This document shows positions 1 through 8,506 of a DNA stretch of 64,000 nt, piece by piece. Under the pieces are notes generated by a model. That model was not told the DNA's origin, searched no databases, and saw only the letters and a list, made by a program, of their open reading frames with translations. The position numbers were made by a program, and so were the translations under genes. The stretch covers positions 3,325-67,324 of the forward strand of contig JAERIN010000005.1 in NCBI GenBank assembly GCA_016757515.1. Reading direction: 5' to 3'. Positions within the stretch are counted from its first letter, which is position 1. The number at the start of each line of letters is the position of its first letter. This DNA is from Alphaproteobacteria bacterium (GTDB taxonomy: Bacteria > Pseudomonadota > Alphaproteobacteria > Micavibrionales > Micavibrionaceae).

Positions 1-2
1 CC

Positions 3-740
3 AGCATGGCGATGGAGGATAAGATGCGCCTAGAAAAGGCGGACGCACCGGAAGAAATCTATGCCGCCCCAGAGCCCGCGCATTTTGCCCAGGCGGCGAT
101 TGAGGGCGGGGAGTTTGTGGCCGCGGCCTACGCCATCCCCGGCCCGGCCTCCGTCCCCTCCGGCGGCAAGGCCGTGAAGGTCATGGTCGGCGACTCCGCC
201 TTTGACTCTGCGCTGGAGGTGCATGTGAAGCCCCAGCTCTCCGCAGAGGCGTTCCTGGCCGCGCGCGCGACCCTGAAGGGCGATGCGCCCCTCCTGCCCG
301 GCGCGGTGAAGCTGTTCCGCGACGGGGCCTATGTCGGCGAGGGGCACCTGGCCCTGCTAAAACCGGGGGATGAGGAGGTCTTGTTCTTCGGCGTGGACGA
401 CAAGGTGGCCGTGGAGCGGGAGACCCTGGCCGACCTGCGCAAGGACGCGGGGATCATCCTGCGGGAGAACACCCTGGAGCGGCGGTATGTGACGGAGGTG
501 ACCAACCTCCACGCTGAGCCCGTGACTCTGGTGGTGAAGGAGACCGTGCCAGCGCCGCGCAACGAGAAAATCCGGCTTGAGGTCCTGGCCGAGGGCACCC
601 GCGCGGGGTACGCGCAGGACTATGCGGACATCACGGGCCTGCTCGCGTGGCGGCTTGAGGCGGCCCCCGGCGCGCGGGAGCGCGTGGGCCTAGCCTGGCG
701 TCTCGCCTGGCCCAAGGGGGAAGAGGTCAGCGGGCTGTAA
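3..740 (+). CDS. DUF4139 / MuiA-like protein, C-terminal part (5' end lies outside the window)
   Basis: The frame is open from the window edge. The C-terminal pattern KLFRDGAYVGEG...VTNLHAEPVTLVVKETVPAPRNEKIRLEV...GLLAWRLEAAPGARERVGLAWRLAWP fits the DUF4139 family as I remember it. Stop TAA at 738-740. Confidence 0.6.
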   Translation, partial: SMAMEDKMRLEKADAPEEIYAAPEPAHFAQAAIEGGEFVAAAYAIPGPASVPSGGKAVKVMVGDSAFDSALEVHVKPQLSAEAFLAARATLKGDAPLLPGAVKLFRDGAYVGEGHLALLKPGDEEVLFFGVDDKVAVERETLADLRKDAGIILRENTLERRYVTEVTNLHAEPVTLVVKETVPAPRNEKIRLEVLAEGTRAGYAQDYADITGLLAWRLEAAPGARERVGLAWRLAWPKGEEVSGL

Positions 741-776
741 GGACGCAGTAGGCCTCCAGCACGCGCTTCGCCGCGC
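738..776. repeat. Direct repeat copy 1 (relic of the trpD 3' end)
   Basis: TAAGGACGCAGTAGGCCTCCAGCACGCGCTTCGCCGCGC matches 1956-1994 at 37 of 39 positions, with a 29-bp perfect core at 748-776. Confidence 0.9.
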
Positions 777-817
777 GGGACATCCTGGCCGACGCTATGC
801 GCCTTCTTGCATAGAGG

Positions 818-846
818 TTGACATATGCTTTTATTTCGGGTACTTT
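818..846 (+). promoter_or_regulatory. sigma70-type promoter candidate for the orphan ORF
   Basis: TTGACA (818-823), 17-nt spacer, TACTTT (841-846). AGGAGA at 875-880 precedes ATG 887. Confidence 0.5.
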
Positions 847-886
847 GGTACCAGTGCCCCCTCAAAACCGCACTAGGAGAACACCC

Positions 887-1942
887 ATGCACAATGCCGC
901 CCAACTGACCCCCCCCCCACAACATTATGTATTCGGTGAGTTGCAGCAGGGAAATGACAGTCGGCTCGTGCCGTCCGCACCTGCTGCGACGGCCGTAAAG
1001 AACTGGCTGGACAGTTGGCTACTAAAATGGATGCAATCGGCGCAAGAGGCCGAGCCAGATTTTGAAAGATGCCGCGACCAGTGCAACGCATGGCAGGGCG
1101 GAGATCACCGCGACGAGGTGGGGTTTACCAGCCTCCCCCTGCCCGAGGGCGTGGAGATCGACGGCGTGTCGTACACGCACGTGATCTGCAGGACCTATTT
1201 CGCCTGGGCCACAGCGGGGCGGGTCTCGCGGAGCGGGCACGCGGTGCTCCTGACCAAGGAACAGTGGAAAGGCCTTGATTACAACCCGGACAACCTGCCG
1301 CACCTTGTTGAGAATGCCGGAGCTTTTAAGAATTGGGACTTTGACTTCCAGAGATTTGATAGGGCTTTCGCCCAGGCGATGCGAAGGGATGTGACGCCTG
1401 GCCAGGGCTCAAAGACTCTCCCGCTGCGCCTACCTGCGGATGCACCACCGGCTGAATACGCAAAGGCCCTGAGATCCCTCCCGCCAGAACAAAGGGCCCG
1501 CGCATCGTGCACCTGTGGTGCGCTTAAGTTGCGTAGAGAGCACAGACAGAGAGTGGACCTGGCGCCACAAGAAGGGGATTTGCCCCCATCGTCAGAGGCC
1601 CTGCCGTTTCCCCCAGTGAATCGGGAGCCGGACCTGACAGGAACTCGGCGCATCCAGACTTTTGGCGACGAGCCTCGGACAGAAACACAAGGGCATACGA
1701 CTCACAGGGGGCCGCTTGCCAAATTCGCCAGATCTGCCGCCAGTGGGTTGGGGGGCGGTATCGTGGGCACCATAGCGAGCTGGATGACGGGTTCAGACGC
1801 CAGTCTTGTCGGTACCCTTGGGTTTGCAGTGGGCGCGTATCTCCCGTCCATGGTGCAATTTTTCCGCGGTCGCTTGAACAACAAGACCCGCAGCCCCGGC
1901 CACGCTGCGGAAGGGGATTTACCCCAGTCAGGCCTGGACTAG
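887..1942 (+). CDS. Orphan hypothetical protein (351 aa) with a C-terminal glycine-zipper hydrophobic segment
   Basis: ATG 887 is preceded by an SD and a promoter-like element. The track start at 818 is a TTG inside the -35 box. No family recognised. The C-terminus reads GLGGGIVGTIASWMTGSDASLVGTLGFAVGAYLPSMV. Confidence 0.6.
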   Translation: MHNAAQLTPPPQHYVFGELQQGNDSRLVPSAPAATAVKNWLDSWLLKWMQSAQEAEPDFERCRDQCNAWQGGDHRDEVGFTSLPLPEGVEIDGVSYTHVICRTYFAWATAGRVSRSGHAVLLTKEQWKGLDYNPDNLPHLVENAGAFKNWDFDFQRFDRAFAQAMRRDVTPGQGSKTLPLRLPADAPPAEYAKALRSLPPEQRARASCTCGALKLRREHRQRVDLAPQEGDLPPSSEALPFPPVNREPDLTGTRRIQTFGDEPRTETQGHTTHRGPLAKFARSAASGLGGGIVGTIASWMTGSDASLVGTLGFAVGAYLPSMVQFFRGRLNNKTRSPGHAAEGDLPQSGLD

Positions 1943-2961
1943 CCGCCCCCTTGCGTAAGGGCGCGGTAGGCCTCCAGCACGCGCTTCGCCGCGCCGGTCT
2001 CCAGGGCCTCTCGCGCCATGGCCACCCCGGCCCCAAGGTCCGCCGCACGGCCGGAAAGGACCAGCGCCGCCGCCGCCCCCGCCAGCGCGCAGTCCCGGTA
2101 GGCCCCGCCCGCACCCTCCAGAAGGGCCGCCAAGGCTGCGGCGTTGTGAGGCGCGTCCCCGCCGGCCAGAGCCGCCGGGGCGTGCACGGGCAGACCAAAG
2201 TCCGCAGGGGTAAGCAGTGCCTCCGTCACGCGCCCGCCGGCCAGCATGGCCACGTGCGTGGGGCCGGATACGGACACCTCGTCCAGGCCCTGCGACCCGC
2301 TGTTGTCCGTCCCGTGGACCACCCAGGCGGCCTGGGAGCCCAGCGCGGCCAGGGCCTGCGCCATGGGCATGCACCATGCCCTCTCAAACACGCCCAAAAG
2401 CTGGTGCTTGGTGCCTGCGGGGTTGGCCAGGGGGCCGATGAGATTGAACAGGGTGCGAAAGCCCAGCGCCCGCCGCACGGGGGCCACCCGGGCCATGGCC
2501 GCGTGGTGCGCCGGGGCGAACAGGAAGGCAAAGCCCACCCCGCGCAGCGCGCGTTCCTGCACCGCGCGCGGGACGTCCAGGCGAACGCCCAGGGCCTCCA
2601 GAACGTCCGCCGCCCCGCACTTTGAGGACGCAGCGCGGCCCCCGTGCTTGGCCACGGGCACGCCGCACCCGGCCAGGATGAAGGCAACGGCGGTGGAGAT
2701 GTTCAGCGTGTGCGCCCCGTCCCCGCCGGTGCCGCAGCAGTCCACCGCCCCCGGCGGGGCCTGTATCGTCTGCGCCCGCGCGCGCAGGGCCCGCGCCGCG
2801 CCCACAATCTCGCTCACAGCCTCCCCCCGCTGGGCCAGGTGCGTCAAGAACGCCGCGATGTCCGCGTCTCCCGCCCCGCCGTCCAGGATCGCCCCTATGG
2901 CCGCCTCGGCCTCGGCCTCGGACAGGGGCGCATCCGTAATGTAGGGGGCCAGAGCGGTCAT
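1939..2961 (-). CDS. trpD: Anthranilate phosphoribosyltransferase
   Basis: Motifs DCCGTGGDGAHTLNISTAVAFILAGCGVPVAKHGGRAASSKCGAADVLEALG. GGAGG SD upstream of the ATG at 2959-2961. Confidence 0.93.
   Translation of the reverse strand: MTALAPYITDAPLSEAEAEAAIGAILDGGAGDADIAAFLTHLAQRGEAVSEIVGAARALRARAQTIQAPPGAVDCCGTGGDGAHTLNISTAVAFILAGCGVPVAKHGGRAASSKCGAADVLEALGVRLDVPRAVQERALRGVGFAFLFAPAHHAAMARVAPVRRALGFRTLFNLIGPLANPAGTKHQLLGVFERAWCMPMAQALAALGSQAAWVVHGTDNSGSQGLDEVSVSGPTHVAMLAGGRVTEALLTPADFGLPVHAPAALAGGDAPHNAAALAALLEGAGGAYRDCALAGAAAALVLSGRAADLGAGVAMAREALETGAAKRVLEAYRALTQGGG
1956..1994. repeat. Direct repeat copy 2 (lies inside the functional 3' end of trpD)
   Basis: TAAGGGCGCGGTAGGCCTCCAGCACGCGCTTCGCCGCGC. 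On the minus strand it encodes GAAKRVLEAYRAL of TrpD. Confidence 0.9.
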
Positions 2962-3039
2962 GGCCTCCGTTCTACGTTATAGCCCCCTAGAAATCAAAGC
3001 ATCCTGCGCCGCTTTTGTATCCGCAGCAGCAGGCCAGGG

Positions 3040-3459
3040 TCATCCCTCTTCCCGCCGCCGGTACGCCTCCAGGCCCGCCTCGTCCAGGGCTTGCCCTTCC
3101 GCTTTGCGGGCCGCCGTCCGCGCCGCGTCTGCCCGCCGCGTGGCCACGATCTCCACCTTCTTTGCCTCTGCAAACGCCTCGCGCACGGCCTCCCGCGCTT
3201 TGGCTATGCGCTTTGCCAGGGCCGCCAGGTCCGCTGCGATGGCCTCCAGACGCGCCGTGCACGCGGCCTCATACCGCGCCAAGGCCACAAGGGCCTCAAC
3301 ATCTGCCACGGCCGCCGCACGCTCCGCCGCACGCTCCGCCAGAACCTGCGCCCGCGCGGCCTCCAGGGCCTCCTCCTCCCGCAGGAGGGCTGCCAGGGCC
3401 CGCTGCTGCACCTCCAGGGTGTGCCGCCGGACCCGCACCAGGGGCTCCAGACGGGCCAC
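3040..3459 (-). CDS. fliJ: Flagellar export chaperone FliJ-like coiled-coil protein (139 aa, GTG start)
   Basis: The C-terminal AREAVREAFAEAKKVEIVATRRADAARTAARKAEGQALDEAGLEAYRRR resembles alphaproteobacterial FliJ (remembered Caulobacter FliJ: ARDALAQAFEDLKKYEHVAEQAR...AAMDELGLRR). The start lies 1 nt after the upstream stop. The longer track ORF 3040..3807 overlaps the upstream gene. Confidence 0.6.
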   Translation of the reverse strand: MARLEPLVRVRRHTLEVQQRALAALLREEEALEAARAQVLAERAAERAAAVADVEALVALARYEAACTARLEAIAADLAALAKRIAKAREAVREAFAEAKKVEIVATRRADAARTAARKAEGQALDEAGLEAYRRREEG

Positions 3460-3460
3460 G

Positions 3461-4126
3461 CTAGCGCCACTCCACGGCAAAGCCTCGCGCGGGCGGCACC
3501 GCCGCGCGGTCAAAGGGCGGGGCGCTGGGCAGGGGGCGCATGGTGGGACCTGGTTGGAAGGCCTGCAGGTAATAGGTTCCGCAGTACCCCGCGTCTTCCA
3601 GGTCTTGGACGATGCTGGCGATGTCCCCCGCGTCCAGCAGGGCAGGGTGGACCGTTGTGCGCACCTCAAAGGGCACGCTCGCGCCGCACAGAATGTCCAG
3701 AGACCTGCGGAAAGCCGCGAAGTCTTTGTGACCCGTGGTGGCCCGGTACTTCGCCGGGGGGGCCTTATAGTCCAGGGCGACGTAGTCCAGCGCGGGCAGG
3801 AGCCCACGCAGCGTCTCGGGCCGGGTGCCGTTTGTGTCCAGCTTCACGGCGAAGCCCAGGGCGCGGACCTGGGCGATGAACCCCGGCAGGCCGGGCCAGA
3901 GTGTGGCCTCTCCCCCGGAGAGCACCACGCCCTCCAAAAGGCCCCGCCGTGTGGCCAGAAAGGCCAAGACCTCTGGCGGCGTTTTCTGCCCCGCCTTCCC
4001 CCGGACGATGTCTGGGTTGTGGCAGTACGCGCAGCGCATGTTGCACCCAGAGCACCACACCACGGCCGCCGGGAGACCGGGGAAGTCCAAAAGGGTAAAG
4101 GGCGTCACCGCGTGGATGGGGAGCAT
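3461..4126 (-). CDS. Radical-SAM activating enzyme, NrdG (anaerobic RNR activase) family
   Basis: CNMRCAYCHN (CX3CX2C), VVLSGGEATL, KLDTNGTRPE, DYVALDYKAP. About 220 aa, which is typical for the family. Confidence 0.75.
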   Translation of the reverse strand: MLPIHAVTPFTLLDFPGLPAAVVWCSGCNMRCAYCHNPDIVRGKAGQKTPPEVLAFLATRRGLLEGVVLSGGEATLWPGLPGFIAQVRALGFAVKLDTNGTRPETLRGLLPALDYVALDYKAPPAKYRATTGHKDFAAFRRSLDILCGASVPFEVRTTVHPALLDAGDIASIVQDLEDAGYCGTYYLQAFQPGPTMRPLPSAPPFDRAAVPPARGFAVEWR

Positions 4127-4195
4127 GGCCCGCCAGCCTACTCCGGGCCGAGGGGGGACGTGAAGGCCCCGCGCGCCCAGGGCGGGGGGAGCGAT

Positions 4196-5500
4196 TTATG
4201 CCGCCTTCTCGGCCTCATCCGCCGCGCCGGGCCCCAGGCCCAGGGCCTTGACCTTGCGGTGGAGGGCGGAGCGCTCCATGCCGATGAAGCGCGCGGTGCG
4301 CGTGATACTGCCCCCGAAGCGGCCCATCTGCGCGGTGAGGTAATCCCGCTCAAACCGCTCGCGAGCCTCGCGCAGCGGGAGGGCCATAAGGTCTCCCGCA
4401 GGCGCGCAGGGCCCGGCCTGAACCCGGCCGGTGATTTCCGGGGGCAGGTGCTGGGGCCTGAGACCTCCTGCCGCAGAAGCCGCATGGAAAATCATGGCCC
4501 ACTCCACCGCGTTGCGGAGCTGGCGGACATTCCCCGGCCAGGCGTGGGCCTCCAGCGCAGCCACCGCCGCAGGGGTCAGGGGCCGTGCGGGCAGGCCCTC
4601 GGTCGCAGCGATCTCAGACACAAAGGCGGCGGCCAGGGGCGCGATGTCCTCCACCCGCGCGCGCAGGGGGGGCACGGCCACGGGTACCACCGCCAGGCGA
4701 TAGTACAGGTCCTGCCGGAAGGCGTCCTCCCCCTCAAGGGGCCGAGTCGTGGTCGCCATCACGCGGGCTTGGCCCCCATCTTGAAGCATCTGGACCAGGG
4801 CCCCCTGCGCCGGGGCGGGCATCTCCCCCACGGCGTTCAGGAGGAGGGTCCCCCCCGCTGCCTCTGCCAGGGCCCCAGATAGCGCCTGGGCGTCCGTCCC
4901 CGCGCAGCCCAAGGTGACAAAGGGTCCGTCTGGGTGGGGCCCCCCGGCGTGGAGCAGGCGGGCGAGGACGGACTTACCCGTCCCGGCCTCTCCGGTGATG
5001 AGCACGCGCGCCCCGGCCTGCGCCACCCGCGTGACAAGGGCGCGCAGGGCCTGGGTCGCGGGGGCCTGGCCCGTGATTTCGCTGGGCCCCTCTGCGGCGC
5101 GCCGCAGGACCGCGTTCTCGCGCCTCAGGGCCGCCGCCTCCAGCGCCCGCCGTACCACCAGGAGCAGGCGATCCGCCGCGAAGGGCTTTTCAATAAAGTC
5201 ATACGCGCCCCGCTTGATGGCTGTCACGGCCGTGTCAATGGTTCCGTGCCCGCTCACCATCACCACAGGCAGGTCCGGGTGCGCCGTTTTTATGTCCGCG
5301 AGTATCTCCAGCCCGTCCCGGTCGCTCCCCTGCAGCCAGACATCCAGGATGACGAGGTCCGGCGTGGCGCCCTGCATGGCCTCTCTGGCTTCCGCCGCGT
5401 CCGCCGCGCCCCGGGCTGTGTAGTACTCATCCTCCAGTATGCCTGCGGCGGCTTCGCGTATCCCCCGCTCGTCGTCTATGATGAGGATGTACCCCGGCAT
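4196..5500 (-). CDS. ntrX: NtrX-like response regulator (REC, degenerate AAA+, Fis-type HTH)
   Basis: REC domain: ILIIDDERGIREAAAGILEDEYY...LVILDVWLQGSDRDGLEIL...VVMVSGHGTIDTAVTAIKRGAYDFIEKPF. Walker A: GEAGTGKS. C-terminus LPLREARERFERDYLTAQMGRFGGSITRTARFIGMERSALHRKVKALG matches my memory of NtrX. Start trimmed to MPGYILII (ATG 5498-5500). Confidence 0.8.
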   Translation of the reverse strand: MPGYILIIDDERGIREAAAGILEDEYYTARGAADAAEAREAMQGATPDLVILDVWLQGSDRDGLEILADIKTAHPDLPVVMVSGHGTIDTAVTAIKRGAYDFIEKPFAADRLLLVVRRALEAAALRRENAVLRRAAEGPSEITGQAPATQALRALVTRVAQAGARVLITGEAGTGKSVLARLLHAGGPHPDGPFVTLGCAGTDAQALSGALAEAAGGTLLLNAVGEMPAPAQGALVQMLQDGGQARVMATTTRPLEGEDAFRQDLYYRLAVVPVAVPPLRARVEDIAPLAAAFVSEIAATEGLPARPLTPAAVAALEAHAWPGNVRQLRNAVEWAMIFHAASAAGGLRPQHLPPEITGRVQAGPCAPAGDLMALPLREARERFERDYLTAQMGRFGGSITRTARFIGMERSALHRKVKALGLGPGAADEAEKAA

Positions 5501-5600
5501 GAGAGGAGCGTAGCCTTGCGGTGGCTTTTTTGCAACAGGACGCTGTGGGGCCTCCTTGCATCTCTTGCCCTCGGCCCGGCGCAGGGGTAGGCTTGCCCTC

Positions 5601-7043
5601 ATGCGCCGCCTTGCCCTTGCCCTCTTTTTTGCACTCCTGGCCTGTCCGTCCCCGGCCCAGCCGCCGAATGAGGGGTTTGCTGACCTGGCGGAGAGCGCCC
5701 TGCCTGCCGTGGTGAACATCTCCACCACACGCGGGCCGCAGGCCGTGGAGGTGGGGCCCGGCGTGCCCGGCTTCCCCCACGGGACGCCCTTTGACGAGTT
5801 TTTTGAGGAGTTCATGGGCCCCCGTGGGCTTATCAGCCCTCCGGTGGGGCCGGCGACGTCCCTGGGCTCCGGCTTTGTGGTGGACGCAGAGCAAGGCTAC
5901 GTCGTCACCAACGCCCACGTGGTGCGCGACGCGGACGAGATCCGCGTTACGTTTCACGACGACACGACGGTTGAGGCCCAGGTCGTGGGCGCGGACGACA
6001 AGACCGACATCGCGGTTCTTAAGGTCCCCTCTGAGGACAAAGCGCTCCAGGCCCTGGCCTTCGGGGACAGCCGCACCATGCGCGTGGGGGATTGGGTCCT
6101 GGCCATTGGCAACCCCTTCGGACTGGGAGGGAGCGTGACAGCCGGCATCATCTCTGCGCGCGCGCGGGACGTGGGCGTGGGGCCGTATGACGACTTCCTC
6201 CAGACAGACGCGGCCATCAACCGGGGCAACTCCGGCGGCCCGGTGCTCTCTATGGACGGGCAGGTCGTGGGGGTGAGCACGGCCATCTTCTCCCCCTCGG
6301 GCGGGTCTATAGGGATAGGCTTCGCCACACCGGCAGAGATCGCCGCGCCCGTAGTCCAGCAGCTTCTGGACTACGGCCACACCCGGCGGGGCTGGATAGG
6401 GGTGAAGGTGCAGAGCGTGGATGCAGACATGGCCGCGTCCTTTGGTCTGGACAGCGCGCGCGGGGCCCTGGTCGCGGAGGTGACGCCCGGCGGGCCTGCG
6501 GAGGCTGCGGGCCTAAAGCAGGGGGACATCATTGTGTCCTTCGGTGGGCAGGCCGTGGGGGCGATGCGGGACCTGCCCCGGATGGTTGCGGGCGCGCAGA
6601 TAGGGGCAGAGGCCACTGTCGTGTACTGGCGTGATGGGGCCCAGTACGCGGCGCAGGTGACGCTGGCGGAGCTGGAAAAGGCGGAGGCCAGCGGCCTTCT
6701 GGCCGAGAGGCCCACCGCAGCCGGGCTGCCGGAGGGGGGGTCGGCGGTTCTGGCGGACCTGGGCGTCACCGTGGCGGACATCACGCCGACCCTGCGCGCG
6801 CGCTATAGCCTGCCTGAGGGTCTCGGGGGTGTGGTTGTGACAGCGCTGGACCCGGCCAGGCCCCTGCTGGCCACAGTCTTGGCCGAGGGCGACGTGGTGG
6901 TGGAGATCGCCCGCACGCCCGTCACGACGGCGGCCCAGGCCGCATCTCTGGTCGCCGACGCCCGGCAGGCGGCACCCGGCGCGCCGGTTCTCCTCCTGAT
7001 CTCCAGGCAGGGCGCGGCCCGCTTCGTGATGGTCAGGCCGTAG
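5601..7043 (+). CDS. degP: Periplasmic serine endoprotease, DegP/HtrA (Do) family, two PDZ domains
   Basis: Signal peptide MRRLALALFFALLACPSPA. Motifs TNAHVV, DIAVLKV, GNSGGP. Two PDZ-like regions. Confidence 0.92.
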   Translation: MRRLALALFFALLACPSPAQPPNEGFADLAESALPAVVNISTTRGPQAVEVGPGVPGFPHGTPFDEFFEEFMGPRGLISPPVGPATSLGSGFVVDAEQGYVVTNAHVVRDADEIRVTFHDDTTVEAQVVGADDKTDIAVLKVPSEDKALQALAFGDSRTMRVGDWVLAIGNPFGLGGSVTAGIISARARDVGVGPYDDFLQTDAAINRGNSGGPVLSMDGQVVGVSTAIFSPSGGSIGIGFATPAEIAAPVVQQLLDYGHTRRGWIGVKVQSVDADMAASFGLDSARGALVAEVTPGGPAEAAGLKQGDIIVSFGGQAVGAMRDLPRMVAGAQIGAEATVVYWRDGAQYAAQVTLAELEKAEASGLLAERPTAAGLPEGGSAVLADLGVTVADITPTLRARYSLPEGLGGVVVTALDPARPLLATVLAEGDVVVEIARTPVTTAAQAASLVADARQAAPGAPVLLLISRQGAARFVMVRP

Positions 7044-7050
7044 TAGGCCC

Positions 7051-7926
7051 TTATTGCTCTTGCGCGCGCGCAGGCAGCAGAAGGAGCAAAACCGGCGCGG
7101 CGACAAAGACAGAGGAGTACGTCCCCACGGCAACGCCAAAGAGCAGTGCGTTTACGAACCCCGCAATCACCGGGCCGCCGAAGGCCCACAGGGCCGCGAG
7201 GGCCAGAATCGTCGTAAGCGAGGTCATGATCGTGCGCGAGAGAGTCTGGTTCACCGCGATATTGGACAGCTCTGGCAGGGGCATCTTCCGGTAGCGCCGC
7301 ATCTCCTCCCGAATCCGGTCAAACACCACCACCGTGTCGTTCACCGAATACCCCGCGACCAGCAAAATCGCCGCCACGCTGGCCAGGGAAAACTCCCACC
7401 CTGTCAGGGCAAACAGGCCCAGCATGGCCACAACGTCGTGCGCCGTCGCGGCCAGGGTCGCCAGCCCAAACTGCCACTCAAACCGGACCCAAATGTACGC
7501 CAGGATGCCCAAAAGCGTGAACACCACCGCATAGGCCCCCTTGCGGATGAGCTCCCCCCCGACTTGCGGGCCCACGACCTCCGTCCGTCGCCACTCCGCA
7601 CCGGGAGACGCCCCGTCCACAACCGCGCGCAGGGCCTCCACGCCCTGCCCTGCTGGCAGGCGGATGAGGAGGTCCTCCGGGCCGCCAAAGGCCTGGACCT
7701 GAGCCCCTGCGGGCAGAGCTGCGCGCAGGGCCGGGAGGTCTGGGGCCTGGGCAAAGCGCAGCTCCACCACTGTCCCGCCCGTGAAGTCCACGCCAAAGGC
7801 CAGACCGTTTATGAACAGGAGGGCCAGGGAGGCGACGGTGATGACACCAGAGACCAGGTACGTCACCCACCTCTGCCCTATGAAGTCTATCTTTGTGCCG
7901 GCGGGGATGAGGGTCAGGGCGTACAT
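7051..7926 (-). CDS. secF: Protein translocase subunit SecF
   Basis: IDFIGQRWVTYLVSGVITVASLALLFINGLAFGVDFTGGT...GYSVNDTVVVFDRIRE. No secD is adjacent. Confidence 0.9.
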   Translation of the reverse strand: MYALTLIPAGTKIDFIGQRWVTYLVSGVITVASLALLFINGLAFGVDFTGGTVVELRFAQAPDLPALRAALPAGAQVQAFGGPEDLLIRLPAGQGVEALRAVVDGASPGAEWRRTEVVGPQVGGELIRKGAYAVVFTLLGILAYIWVRFEWQFGLATLAATAHDVVAMLGLFALTGWEFSLASVAAILLVAGYSVNDTVVVFDRIREEMRRYRKMPLPELSNIAVNQTLSRTIMTSLTTILALAALWAFGGPVIAGFVNALLFGVAVGTYSSVFVAAPVLLLLLPARAQEQ

Positions 7927-7981
7927 GGCCCCAAGTCTATAAATGGGGCGTCACCCCTGTGCAAGCCGGGGCATGCTTTGC

Positions 7982-8497
7982 TTACGCCTTCCACTTGATG
8001 GAGCACCCCATGGAGGGGGTCTGTTGCTCTGGTGCGGTGCCCGTGGTGGCCAGGTGCTCCATCGCGGAGCGCAGCTCCGCCGCATTCCCGCGCCACACGA
8101 TACGCCCCCCCGCGTCCAGGCCGAAGAAGTCCGGCGTGCACACGGCCCCGTATGCGCGGGCGACCTCCTGCCCCGCGTCCACGAGGTAGGGGAAGGCAAA
8201 GCCGTGCTGTTCTGCGAAGGCGGCCATCTTGTCTGGAGCGTCCTCTGGATAGGCCGCAAAGTCGTTGGGCATGATGGCCACGGTGCCCACGCCCAGGGGG
8301 GCCAGTGCCGCGCAGTCTGCGGCCAGGCTATCCGCCACACGCTGCACGTAGGGGCAGTGGTTGCAGATGAACATAACGATCGTGCCCTGCGCCCCCCGGC
8401 AATCCGCCAGGGTCCACACCCGCCCCACTGGGTCCGACAGGGAAAAGTCCGGTGCTTGTACGGGGGCGGCGAGCGGGGGCGTGTGCAAAAGGGCCAT
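7982..8497 (-). CDS. Thioredoxin-fold (AhpC/TSA-like) protein
   Basis: FSLSDPVGRVWTLADCRGAQGTIVMFICNHCPYV...FPYLVDAGQEVARAYGAVCTPDFF. Confidence 0.75.
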   Translation of the reverse strand: MALLHTPPLAAPVQAPDFSLSDPVGRVWTLADCRGAQGTIVMFICNHCPYVQRVADSLAADCAALAPLGVGTVAIMPNDFAAYPEDAPDKMAAFAEQHGFAFPYLVDAGQEVARAYGAVCTPDFFGLDAGGRIVWRGNAAELRSAMEHLATTGTAPEQQTPSMGCSIKWKA

Positions 8498-8506
8498 GGG
8501 GTGAGC

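Noticed and set aside
2960-4882. 640-aa plus-strand ORF spanning the fliJ-like, nrdG-like and ntrX-like loci
   Set aside because: The composition is extremely rich in Arg, Ala, Gly and Pro, with no motifs. It is antisense to three genes that have clear family signatures, so it is a typical GC-rich shadow ORF.
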